Source: Octopus sinensis (Eukaryota). Taken from it: DNA of 64,000 bases. The notes under the pieces were generated by a model. That model did not search any database, was not told where the DNA came from, and was given only the letters and a program-made list of their open reading frames with translations. This document shows, piece after piece, positions 1 through 12,245 of this stretch. Numbering within the stretch: the first letter of the stretch is position 1; each line of letters begins with the position of its first letter. The stretch lies in NCBI RefSeq assembly GCF_006345805.1, contig NC_043013.1, positions 55,800,001 to 55,864,000 of the forward strand, in the 5' to 3' direction. A program made the translations under genes and the position numbers.

Positions 1-1321
1 GCACAACAAACACCATCTGATCGTGGCCGTTCGCCAGCCTCACCTGGCACCTGTGTCGGTGGCACATAAAAACACCATCCAAAGACCCGGCGACGTAGTC
101 AGTCCACCTGTGCATACCTTCCCTCTTATGACACTTGTGAAGACCTGTTGAGGCAGAGGCAAGTGTGTGACACTTTGTGAAGACCTGTTGAGGCAGAGGC
201 AAGTGTGTGACACTTGTGGAGACCTGTTGAGGCAAGTGTGTGACACGCGTGACACTTGTGAAGACCTGTTGAGGCAAGTGAAAATCAAACCAAATCAAAA
301 TAGATGAACATCAATGGAATTTGTATCTTTGTGGTTCCAGTACCGGTGGCACACAAGAAAACCATCCGATCGTGGCCGTTCGCCAGCCACATCTGGCACC
401 TGTGTCGGTGGCACATAAAGACACCATCCGAAGTCCCGGCGACGTAGACAGTCCACCTGTGCATACCTTCCTTCTTGTGACACTTGTGAAGACCTGTTGA
501 GGCAAGTGAAAATCAAAAAAATCAAATCAAATCAAAACAAATCAAAATAGATGAACATAAATGGAATTTGTATCTTTGTGGTACCAGTGCCGGTGGCACA
601 CAAGAAAATCATCCGAACGTGGCCGTAGCCAGTACCGCATAGACTGGCCTCCGTGCTTTGGGGACGTAACAAACACCATCCGATCGTGGCCGTCCGCCAG
701 CCTCATCTGGCACCTGTGTCGGTGGCACATAAAAACACCATCCGAGCGTGGCCGTCTGCCAGCCTCGTCTGGCACCTGCCAGCCTCATCTGGCACCTGTG
801 TCGGTGGCACATAAAAACACCATCCGAGCGTGGCCGTCTGCCAGCCTCGTCTGGCACCTGTGTCGGTGGCACATAAAAACACCATCCGAGCGTGGCCGTT
901 CGCCAGCCTCGTCTGGCACCTGTGTCGGTGGCACATAAAAACACCATCCGAGCGTGGCCGTCTGCCAGCCTCGTCTGGTACCTGCCAGCCTCATCTGGCA
1001 CCTGTGTCGGTGGCACATAAAAACACCATCCGAGCGTGGCCGTCTGCCAGCCTCGTCTGGCACCTGTGTCGGTGGCACATAAAAACACCATCAGAGCGTG
1101 GCCGTTCGCCAGCCTCGTCTGGCACCTGTGTCGGTGGCACATAAAATCACCCACTACACTCTCGGAGTGGTTGGCGTTAGGAAGGGCATCCAGCTGTAGA
1201 AACACTGCCAGATCTGACTGGCCTGGTGCAGCCTTCGGGCTCCCCAGACCCCAGTTGAACCGTCCAACCCATGCTAGCATGGAAAACGGACGCTAAATGA
1301 TGATGATGATGATGATGATGA
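1..1321 (+). mobile_element. RTE-LINE-type 3' UTR/derived non-autonomous retroelement with internal ~62-bp minisatellite and (ATG)n tail
   Basis: Tandem units ggcacctgtgtcggtggcacataaaaacaccatccgagcgtggccgtctgccagcctcgtct, then the conserved tail ggagtggttggcgttaggaagggcatccagctgtagaaac...acccatgctagcatggaaaacggacgctaaa(tga)n. The upstream motif cttgtgaagacctgttgaggcaagtg resembles the end of the RTE ORF2 relic at 51565-51880. Confidence 0.7.
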
Positions 1322-1387
1322 TATATATATACATGTGTGTATATATATATATAAATATATACACACATATGTATATATATATATGTA

Positions 1388-1431
<44 letters not shown>

Positions 1432-2032
1432 TACATACACTCACATATATATGCAAGAGATAAAGAAGACTAGAGCATTATGTATATATCCAAAATTTAT
1501 TTATTTCTGAATTATTCTCCTTAATTTCCAGTCGGATGTGGATAAATGTCCCAAGTCCTTTGATGTAGCATTTCTGTGCATTTAGTTGGTTTAGTTGTCA
1601 TACATATTCAGCAAACATTCCTAGGCAGCCTTGTTTGAGGTATTTGCCCTTGCTGGTGGATGAAGTGAACTCAGGATTCAAGTGTAAGGCAGGCCTTCTT
1701 AAAGTATATCTTAGGTGTGGGTTCATCAGACCTTAGGGTACATTACTGTACAAATTTTGAAGCTGTATAATCCTGCAATTCTTCTTTCTGAGGTTGTGAT
1801 GATGTCCTGCCCGAAATCCAAAGAAGCAAACTCAGGATTTACGTCTTGAGTGAAAGACTGTCTAATCTTTGCTCTTAAACAAGTTACGTGTTCCCTACCA
1901 TTTGATGTGGTTAGCCAGATGTGGATTATATCAGAGTGTTAATAAGGTACCACTTCTATTCATTTATGTTATACACACACAATAATTAAGATGGCTAGAT
2001 GAAATTTAAAACCAAAAAGAAAATAATTCACT

Positions 2033-2363
2033 GTCAACAAAAAGGTGAGCAAGGGAGCAGGGAGCACTAGCATTACTGGAGAGTCATGGACTCCTTACCC
2101 ACAGAAGGCACATGTTCTATTTAACTGAGAGGGGAGACAACCTGCCCACCACAAGTGAGATGCATTAGATTAGCACATTAATTTCACATGGAAACTAATA
2201 CTCATCGGTAACGATTACTCCATCTAATGCACCTTGCTTGCAGTGGGGAGGTTGTCTCCCCTTTCAGTTAAATAGAACATGTGCTTTCTGTGCATAAGGA
2301 GTCTCTGACTCTTATTTCTAGCAATGCTGGTGGTCTCTGCACCTTTGGTCACTTTTTAGTGAC
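2033..2363. mobile_element. Fold-back/MITE-like element with ~140-bp imperfect inverted arms
   Basis: 2033-2170 (…cacatgttctatttaactgagaggggagacaacc…tgcattagat) is the reverse complement of 2222-2363 (atctaatgca…ggttgtctcccctttcagttaaatagaacatgtg…), with a ~50-nt spacer. Confidence 0.7.
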
Positions 2364-3327
2364 TCTGTGTGTGTGTGTGTGTATATAAAATCTAAGAACT
2401 CACAATTAGGAAAAAGGTAGAAGGTATTTCTGTAACTGAATGAAAGAAATATATTCTAAGGTAAAAACTTTTTCAGAATAAACAATATACGTTTTTTTTT
2501 TCTGTTGTTGAAAACTAAATTTTGCATAAAATAAAATGATTCTCTCATGAGATGAATGCCAAACTTGTGCATGTTATATCTTTGGTAGTGTTTAATTTAT
2601 CATCATCATTGATTGACATCCAAAGTCAATGTAGATAATTAAAATAAGATATTGATAACAAATGAAATATAAGTGAAACGTGATGTTAAGTTGTTAAAAT
2701 AATTAAAGGAATTCAACATTTTAAGACAAATATTTATGTACGAAAAGAAAATTAGTTCTCAAAATATCATTTAATGATCAATATATATCATTTCAAGCTG
2801 TGTAAGGTTAACTTAAGGTTAACTAATAATTTACTGAGAGTTCGGGAAATAAAATTATGAATACACCATTTGGAGATTAGATTTTGAAAGAATCAAAACA
2901 GAAATTGTTTAGACAAAACATTTCTCTTTGATTGTAAAATATTGTAGCTTGTCTGTCAGGTAATATTTTGTGTAGATATTATTTAGAGGTTATCTAAGTC
3001 TAGACTCATAAATGAAGAAGATTCCAACAACATCATTACTTCTAAGTATAAAAAACAAAAAAATGAAATAATCCCTTCTTTAGCTGTTTCCTTGGCCATC
3101 AGGGTGTTGCCATATACAAATCAAGAAAACTGCATAAAACAGTTGTGGTTGTCACAGTTTTGTGTGTGGAGAAAATCTATAAAAAGTCCCCAACTGCATG
3201 CAACACTCAACATCATTTTGTATCGTAACTCTCTGCCTCTGCCTCAGTTGTTTACCTTGCTGTTGTAACAACCACCTCACATGTCACTTGTCCTGTGACA
3301 GTGCTCTTTCCAATATTAAAGGATTAA

Positions 3328-3515
3328 GGAGGCAAACTGGTAGCAGTATTTCGTTTGTCTGTATTTTCTGAGTTCAAATTCTGCTGAGGACAACTTTGCC
3401 TTTCATCTTTTCAGGGTCGATTAAATATGTACCAGTCAAATACTGGGGTTTATATAAACAACCTGTACCCTCCCCTGAAATTGCTGGACTTGATCCAAAA
3501 TTTAAAGCCAATATT
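3328..3515 (+). mobile_element. tRNA-derived SINE, family A (diverged)
   Basis: B-box-like gagttcaaattc followed by the family core actttgcctttcatcttttcagggtcgattaaatatgtaccagt, which recurs many times in the window. Confidence 0.65.
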
Positions 3516-3673
3516 ATGGGATATAACTGGTTTACTTTCAATATAGTTTACAGATCAAACATAACAGAGAAACTTCTCTTGTGTGATGTCATCTTAGGGC
3601 ACAATCATGAAAAACTTGCTACACTTTTTAACAAAACTGCATGCAGCCCTGAACCCATTCCTCTCTATAAATA

Positions 3674-3903
3674 TATTTCTTTACTACCCACTAGGGGCTA
3701 AACATAGAGGGGGCAAACAAGGACAGACAAGCAGATTAAGTCGATTACATCAACCCTAGTGTGTAACTGGTACTTTATTTATCGACCCCAAAAGGATGAA
3801 AGGCAAAGTCGACCTCGGTGGAATTTGAACTGAATGTAACGACAGACGAAATACCACTAAGCATTTCACCCGGTGCGCTAACGTGTCTGCCAGCTCACTG
3901 CCT
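3674..3903 (-). mobile_element. tRNA-derived SINE, family A (near full length)
   Basis: The minus strand reads ggcagtgagctggcag…cagttcaaattccaccgaggtcgactttgcctttcatcc…gtaccagtt…aaagaaata. A close paralog lies at 56085-56318. Confidence 0.8.
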
Positions 3904-5466
3904 TTGTACCAACTGCAGTAGTTGCTGTGAGCTGCTGTTCACCCACTGCACAGAATCTCATTCATACAAGAATGAGATTAAGTTTGTGTATTACTGGGTG
4001 TGTTAGTTTGTGTAAGAACTTTTGAGCTGCATTGTCCCTCCTTATATCAACATAATAACTCAAAACTCAGCTGTTAATTCATGAAACTGTTTCCTTCCCA
4101 GCATCTTCATCCTGCTACTGGACAAAGATTCTGGGTTTTTTTGCGTTCTTTTTTACTTAATTTATGAGAGCAGTCAGGTTCATTTTCAGTATTCTCATTT
4201 GTGAGAACAGTCAAGTCTATTTCAGATATTCTCATATTGAAAATAATATCTGGCTCATCGTTGAAAGGATGTTGGTGTTGCCTTGGCAGAGGTTTGCACT
4301 CTCTGAGTAGTCTTGTTCAATATTGACTGATTCTGGTCAATAATAAAGAACTTTAAAAAGTTTCCTGCTTTTTCTCTCTAACAAGTTCTCAAAAGTTCAG
4401 TTACACAATCCTGATATTTTCATAATTTCTTCATTAAAACTTCTCAGCAGAACTTATGCAGGATGTATTCTTTACATTTCTTTGATTAAATTGTAAAAGT
4501 GAAAAACTTCAACATGAAAATATAATGGTGTCTAAAATTCTGGTTTCACAAACTTAAGACATCGAAACTCTCTGGAAGATGCAAACCACTTTGAATTCTT
4601 TAATCAAATAATGAACCTACTTTCTATATTTTTTCTCTAAAGCGTTTTCCTTATCAGAGAATATTCTGGCAACAATGAGTAATGAACAATTTATTTCTTG
4701 ACAGCTAGTGTCTGAAAATTTTCGTTTCAATGTTGAATGTGACAAATATTTTAAAATGTGAGTTTAAATTATTACATATTTGAACATAGAAACTATTTAA
4801 CTGTGCAGTTATGTCACATGATATACCACATGGTAACAGATTGTGACAGCAGTAAATCCAAGTACTTGAAATTTTTTTGATATCATTTTCTCAGAATTTT
4901 CTTTCTCCACTTGTTACATTTCATGCCACCACCATCATCATCATCATCATCATTATCAAAACCACCATCGTTTGACATTCACGGAAGATTAGAGACAAAT
5001 GACCTTGTTTGAAAACAGTGACACTTGTTTACAAATAACAGGTTGTATACATATACGATGGGCTTCTTTCAGTTTTCATTTACCAAATCTGACAAATCTT
5101 TGTTTGGCCCAAGTCTATAATAGGAGACACCTGCTCAAGGTGTCATGCTGTGAGACTGAACCCAAAAGCACTTGGTTAGGAAGTATACGAGCATGTTCAA
5201 ATCTGTTGTGAGAGCGATTTAGAAAACAAAATCCAAGAGACGTGCTCAAATCATAAAAGGCAAATTTCGTGTTGGAGAGATTTGGAGTTGAAACATGAAA
5301 CTAAATATTTCTTGTTTTGACAGTGTGGTTGACAAGTTGTTTCTTAATCCTGTTGGTTGGGGTTCAGTCCCTGTGTGTGGCACCTTGAACATAAGTCTTG
5401 ATATTCTAGCCAGAGGCTGATCAAAGCTTTCTCAGTGAATATGGTAAACAAAAGCTGAAAGAAGCA

Positions 5467-5521
<55 letters not shown>

Positions 5522-5763
5522 AGTTCAAAATGATACAAAAAACTCCCAAAAAACAAAAGCCAGAGGCAGATGAGGGAATCAACAAAGAGGGTGTGTTAGT
5601 TTGATGGTCAGGGAAAATAGAAAAAGTCTTTGATGTTTTGAGCTACGTACATCTACAGAAAGAAATGAGATGAGAAAACAAATGGAGACAAGGAAAAAAA
5701 TGAAGAGAAAATATATATATATATATGTGTGTGTGTGCATGCATGTGTGTGTGGCTGTGTGTA

Positions 5764-5806
<43 letters not shown>

Positions 5807-5879
5807 CACACACATATACATGAATATAAATATATATATAGATATAAATACACACACACATGTATATACACACATAGAA

Positions 5880-5913
<34 letters not shown>

Positions 5914-6335
5914 TCATATATACATATATGTATATATATTTATAATGGAAGATATAGAGTCAGAGAATTGTGTTGTTATCACATAAAGCTTTGCTAATGG
6001 AGTTGGCTATCAGACCACATAGTAATCTAATACTATGTGGTCTGATATATGTATGTACAAGTGTGTGTATGTGTGTGTGTGTGTGTGTGTGTGTTTTCAT
6101 ATCATGTGATAATTGTAGATGAGAGTCATCATCATCATCATCATCATATAAATGATGTCTTTCATTTCCATTTTCCTGTGAAACTCTCTCTGGCCTTTGG
6201 GGTAATATCAATTTGCTTGGAAATAAGTGAGGGTTGGTGACAGGAAGGGCATTCAGCTGTAGACAATCAGCCTCAGTGGACACCACCCCACTCATGCAAA
6301 TACGGATAAGTAGACTGTAAAAAGAATGCGACAAC

Positions 6336-6722
6336 GATAATGATGATGATGATGATGATGGTGAGGATTGTAGTGATGATTGTGGTGATGATGATGATGA
6401 TGATGATGAGGAAGATGGTGGTGTCGGTGTTGCTGGTAAGGATGATAACAATGACAACGATGACAAGGATCATGGTAATGATGGTGATGATGATTATGGT
6501 GATGAGGATGATGAGGACAACAAAGACGGTGATGATGATAGTGGTGGGGGGGATAATGATGACAATGATGATGATGGTGGTTGTGGTGGTGGTTTTGATG
6601 ATGATGGGATGATGATGATGGTGATGATGATGATGATGATGGTGGTGTTGGTGGTGTTGGTGGTGGTGAGGATGACAATGATGATGATGATGATAACTCT
6701 GACAACAGTGATGATGATGATT
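6336..6722. repeat. Degenerate (ATG/GTG)n trinucleotide microsatellite
   Basis: Long imperfect gat/ggt repeat; it accounts for the poly-H/poly-S/poly-M ORFs here. Confidence 0.95.
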
Positions 6723-6734
6723 TCATATTTCTAA

Positions 6735-7330
6735 TGGTATGGCAGCAATAGAACGACAATATTTTCTTTTCACTTGATAAAATGTTAAACAGAAGGAACT
6801 CCTGTCGCAATATATTTTGGAACACACAGGAAATGGCACCAAGCAGAAAGTGCCAGAAATTTAATCGCAACCAAATATTTCACATGCTATTGTATTGCAT
6901 TACTAGGGTCTTTTACATTTCTGCCACATTTCAAGAAGAATATGCCAGCAGTGCTTTTGTAATTTCGCAAATTCTTTTAGTTGCATTATCTAAATGAGAA
7001 GTTGGTTGCTGATCCTTAAATCAATGTCTCCCTCCATTGCAGTGGAATAAAATCACAATTTGCTGGAAATAACTACTTAGATTTGCAGATATGTCAGTTC
7101 TTCCTCTCTAAAGAATCATGCATAATCATCTGACATTTCCATAGATTCTATTTTTCTGGACAAAACATTGACGCCATAATCAACACAAACATTTCTGTAA
7201 ACTTATCTTCTGTAAATTATTTCCAACAAACAGCAATTTTCTTTGAATATTTGAAGCTTGTTTTAAGAGATATCTTATCATCGATGACCATGGGTTATTT
7301 TTCATTCTGGGTATTCTAATCCTGTCCACC
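6735..7330 (-). pseudogene. Possible highly decayed piggyBac-like transposase relic
   Basis: Minus-strand frame fragments CGRNVKDPS and LTFYQVKRK..IVVLLLPYH resemble the piggyBac motifs GRNVTxDN and LTVYxxKKxKxVLLLSTMH. There are many stops and frameshifts. Confidence 0.3.
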
Positions 7331-8781
7331 GTTGTTTCATTTTTACACATCTATCCCACATTATAAAGACAAAAAACTTGTCAATGCTAGATTTGTATAA
7401 AAAATGCCAAATTATATTTTTTTTATCTGAAATACTTGACATTTTAAAATACATTAAAAACAGTTTTCTCAGTCAAGAATGCGATAAATAAATTTTATAT
7501 AAAAATCTATGATTCGTCATATCTCTTAAAGTCATCATCAGCATCATCATTATCACCACCACCACTATCACCCTCTCTGCCGGCAGCAGCAGCAGCAGCA
7601 GCAGTACCACCACCACTGTCATCATCATTACAGCCAGCACCACCACCACCATCACTTCCACCTCCATCACTGCTGCTAACACTTCCATCATCACATGTGT
7701 GGAGCTATCACCATATTTGCCATCAGTCATATTCCACCCCACCAACAGTCTCTTTTGCAGTTTTAAACAATTTGGATCTCAGATATGTTTCCCTTCCCTT
7801 CATTCATGGGGAACATTTGAAATGAGGGATTACTTGGACAAGATTCCCTTATTTATTTCCATCCTCTCCTCACACACACACATGCTTGACTGTTCTGCTC
7901 CAAAGGGTTATTCCAAAAGGAACTATGAAATAAAATTACAAAGACTGAGTAGATATCAATACATTTGATATCAGAGTGAAGAATACCTGATACTTTGAAC
8001 ATTGATCCTTCACTGGATAAGAAAAGTTATCTCTAATCATTTACCCATTGCATGTTTCTCTGTGGCCATGCTGGGGCACCATCTTAACGGATTTTTAGTT
8101 GAATGAAACAAAGCCAGAACTTGACTTTCTTTAAGCACGATACTTATTCTATCAGTCTCTTTTGCTGAACCACCAAGTTATCGTGGTCGTAAACACACCA
8201 ACACCGGTTATCAGATTGCAGTGGGAGATAAAAACACCCCCACACACACATATATACTTACATAAGGTCCTGGGAGGGTAGATGGATAGGGTATTTCCAA
8301 TGCAGCACTTAACCTGTGCTCTAGGCTATCTACACTGTCAGACTCCCTTCTAATATCAAAGTTCTTCAGGTGTAGAAAATCCAGGTTTCGCAATGGCAGA
8401 ACCGTTGTGTGAATTTAGTGAAGTGTAAAAATATTTCAAATAAGACAAAGAAAGACTTTAACATGTCTTTAATGATCATTTACAATTGCTTTCATACCAA
8501 CTGTCTTTGGAACTTTTGCATGAAACGGCCTTGAAAGAAGAGTTAGTACAGAAACAATTGTAGCTTATTATTAAAGATGTGTTAAAGTATATCTCTTTCT
8601 TCTTATTTGGATTATGCATAAATCATCATCATCATCATTTAACATCTGCTTTCCATGCTGGCATGGATTAGAGGGTCTGGCTAGAACTGGTGAGCCAGAG
8701 AGCTGCACCAGGTTCCAGTCTGATTTGGCATGGTTTTTACAACTGGACATCATTCCTAATGGTAAGTATATCTACATGTAT

Positions 8782-8836
<55 letters not shown>

Positions 8837-8844
8837 CACACATA

Positions 8845-9005
8845 CAATGAGCTTCTTTCAGTTTCTATATACCAAACTCACTCACAAGGCTTTGGTAAGC
8901 TTGAGGATATAGTAAATGACACTTGCCCAAGATGCCATCCAGAGGGACTGAACCCAGAACCATGTGGTTGGGAAGGAAGCTCTTTCTCACACAGCCATGC
9001 CTGCA
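8845..9005 (-). mobile_element. tRNA/CORE-like SINE family B, 5' portion
   Basis: Matches the 3' half (as read on +) of the full copy at 23757-24151: ctcacaaggctttgg…gacacttgcccaag…gggactgaaccc…cacacagcca. Confidence 0.7.
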
Positions 9006-9216
9006 CCAGAAGTCTAACAGAAGGGAATATGTTAAGAGATATGAACATGAAACATACAAAAAAGGGATTGCAGTGAATCTGAGAGGAAGGGTTTTTCATT
9101 TCACATACTGGGCCTGGAGAAAGGGACAGAGCCCATAGCTTTCACTGCCCCTTTTAGACTGGTGAGTTTGATGTCATTAATGTTTGTCTTGAATCTTTGT
9201 AAGTCAAAACCTACAG

Positions 9217-9518
9217 GTGGAGGCACATGAACTAGTGGTTAGAACAGCAGACTCATGGTCGAGGGATCGTGGGTTTGAATCTCAGACCGGGCGATGTTTG
9301 TTTATGAGCGAAACACCTAAGCTCCATGCGGCTCCAGCAGAAAGTAATGGCAAACTTCTGCTGACTCTTTCACCACAACTTTCTCTCACTCTTTCCTCCT
9401 GCATCTTGCAGCTCACCTGCGATGGACCGGCATCCCATCCATATGGGGAACCTATATGCCAAGGAAACCTGGAAACCGGCCCTTATGAGCCAGGTATGGC
9501 TTGAGAGGGAACAAACAA
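9217..9518 (+). mobile_element. tRNA-derived SINE family C
   Basis: tRNA-like head ggaggcacatgaactagtggttagaacagcagactc…gggtttgaatctcagaccgggc with A/B-box-like motifs; homologous to 23333-23604. Confidence 0.7.
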
Positions 9519-9519
9519 G

Positions 9520-9760
9520 AAGGAACACCTACAGGAAAAGAAGGAATTCGAGAAGGATGATGTTGAAGGAGAAAAGGACTTGGTGTAGATATTTGTGTTG
9601 GATCTTGAGATGTGGTAGCTCAACAATGATGCCACACGTTGTGAAGGTTGAAGGCAGAGAGCGAAGACACGGTTGGCATAAGAGGCGTAGTGGAGTGGAG
9701 TTGGTTAAGAAATGGTTGAAATGAGAGTGGAAGGAAGAGCTGAGAATGTTTTGTGAATTA
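9520..9760 (-). mobile_element. Old LINE (CR1/Jockey-group-like) ORF2 3' relic
   Basis: The minus frame gives SRSNTNIYTKSFSPSTSSFSNS, resembling the RTxxYxxSFFPRTxxLWNSLP C-terminal motif. Confidence 0.35.
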
Positions 9761-11042
9761 ACTAGGAATGGTTAAACAGTTGTATTGAAACAGAAAGGTG
9801 AATGAATGAAGTAGAATGGACAAGTCTCTTTGGATTTTACATTTTATACATTGAAATAAAATTAGATGCATAAATTTTAAGGTTTTCAGTTTGTGCAAAA
9901 GTATTGACTGTATTAATGTTTTCATTGGAGAAACGGACCATCACATGTCCCGGTTTATTCACTATTGCATCTATAAATATTTTAGCAAAGTGAAGACATT
10001 TTTCTTTTCTTTTCACAGATAACAACTTACTCCTTAGAATATATCTCTTTTAAACTTCCATCAGGAACTAAATTATAAGATTAGTGTATGTTAATTACAT
10101 CAATATCTCTAAGTTAATTAATGCATGGTTTACAATTTAGATGAAACATTCAATACAGTTAGCTGTCATCAAACTTTCACTTCTATAAACTACATTTTTC
10201 ATACTGAAATCCTTTGCATATTTTTTTCATCTAAATTAGGCTACACCTTTCTCCTTACAATGAAGATAACCTTTCAACTAATTTAGAAAAATATATTTTT
10301 CTTTCTCTTTTTTACATATTTAACCAACTCCTTTGTTTGATGGCTACAACTTATGTCATGTGATATGTTCAAGTTGTATTGCTTTGCTTTCATATTTTTC
10401 AATCTGGTGACTTCTTAAAGTAAAATTCCATTTTCTTTCAATTTATTTTGACAACCCAAGTGTAACAGCCACATCAGCTTTAATTTATCGAAGCTCCCAG
10501 GAAATGGTAAGGTTACCAAATCAAACACAATAAAATATTAGAGAAGATGTCAGACTTTATTTTCATAATTTTTTGAAAAAGTTAAATAAAATGAAGTGGT
10601 TATCTTCTTGAAAACAAAAGGGAAATATTGGAACACATTTCATCTGACGAGTGGAGTAAAAGAGAAAATAACTGCCTCAGACTTTGTTAATAAAGTAAGA
10701 AGAAAAAGGAAAAATCTGAAAAGGGATTTTGTCAGTTTTATGTGACTTTGATTAACTTTAATAATAACCAGCTCAAAACATTAGAAAGAGAAAATTAAGA
10801 AAAGGATTGTGTAAAATTTTGGATTCTAAAATATCTGAACTTATAAATTAATGTATTTTGGGATTACTAATTTATGATGTGTCATGTACACAGCATAGAG
10901 ATAGCAAGGGGCTGGCATTGTTGTTGTTGTTATTTAACCCCCAACTCAGGCTCTGTTCAAAGAAGATCAACGATCAAAGGCCTAGTTGAGAATATCACAG
11001 CATTTTTCAAGCATAGTGTAGCCTGGACTATATCAATCAGCA

Positions 11043-12245
11043 TTCTAACCATGAAATACACAACCAAAAAGCTATGCGCAGACTATAAATTCTTACTTGA
11101 ATTGTAATTCTTCTTTAAATCCAATAGACTATAAATAAATCCTGGTTTAAAACAATGGTTTGAATTTATTGAAATTTTTGCTGTTCAAATGTCCTTATAG
11201 AACAGCAGTTCTCAACCACTTTTTGCCTATGGATCCCTTTCATTACTATTTTATTCTGGTGGACCCTGCCACAAGTCATTTGATGCTTAAGAAACTAGTT
11301 TTATAGAAACTTTTTTCAAAATTCCTTCTTTGTTTTCACATATTAACTTGTGTAGGTTGAACAGTGTAAAATGGCAGAGAAAAGAAACCCAGCTGTTTCT
11401 TGTAATATGTAACCAATACATAGATCTAAAGCAAAATATTTTTAGGGGCCTTTAAAATACTATTGTGGATGCCCAGTTTACTATTTTGTTGCATGGAGAC
11501 CCCCAAAATCTTATATGGATCCTGGTTGAGAACCACTGAAGAGAATTTCTTATTGGCCCAGCAGTGACCTTATTATTGTGCTTTGGAAGGGTCATACTGC
11601 AAATAATAGCATACACACACACTGGGGCACTGGCTAGGTTTCACTTCATTTTTATTACCAGTTGATTAGATAATTAATCAGTTGATTGCTTGGTTAGTTG
11701 ATTAATGTGAGACAGTGTTTCTATCACAGCCAGGCACTTCAGTTATGACTATGTGGTCCCCAAGCACTTCTTTCTCCTCAGCTCTTACTGCATGTTTTAC
11801 CAGATTCCTTTTTGCTGTCAGTTGCTATAACTCCTGGTTATGAATCAGAAGAATTTGTTTTAAACACACATAAATTATATAATTAAACTTAGCTACAAAA
11901 CTAAGAATATTTTAACCACTTTCAGCAGAAATGTAGAAAGGAATGAGGTTGAGGAAGAAAGGGAGAGAGTGAGAGAAAGAGAGTGAGTGAGAGAAAGAGA
12001 GTGAGTGAGAAAAAGAGAGAGAGATGTCTCCCTTTCCATGTTATAACTTGAGTCAATAACTAAGTGTTCAGTTCCAGTAATTCATTCTTTCCCACTTGTA
12101 TCCACGTTTCATCTTCTCAGTTTTGGCAGTGCAATGCTGTGCACCATCTTTATTTATAGTCTATTGGATTTAAAGAAGAATTACAATTCAAGGAAGAATT
12201 TATAGTCTGTGCATAGCTGTTGGGTTGTGTATTTCATGGTTAGAA
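11043..12245. mobile_element. Non-autonomous DNA element bounded by 97-bp terminal inverted repeats
   Basis: 11043-11139 and 12149-12245 are reverse complements (4 mismatches counted). The flanks caatcagca / caatgtgca may be a decayed 9-bp TSD. Confidence 0.6.
11203..11538. mobile_element. hAT (Charlie-like) MITE
   Basis: Termini cagcagttctcaacc … ggttgagaaccactg match the CAGTGGTTCTCAACC-type TIR, with subterminal ggaccc/ggatcc motifs. No clear 8-bp TSD. Confidence 0.65.

Noticed and set aside
660-1145. Regular ~62-bp repeats resembling a CRISPR array
   Set aside because: The units are contiguous with no unique spacers, the context is eukaryotic, and there are no cas genes; this is a minisatellite inside a retroelement 3' UTR.
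1690-1740. Minus-strand CUGAUGA near 1725-1731
   Set aside because: No downstream GAAA-stem III-NUH arrangement.
5579-6870. Long ORFs of YI/HT/poly-S/poly-H composition (also at 20423-20783, 25481-26770, 27309-27701 and elsewhere)
   Set aside because: These are translations of di- and trinucleotide microsatellites.
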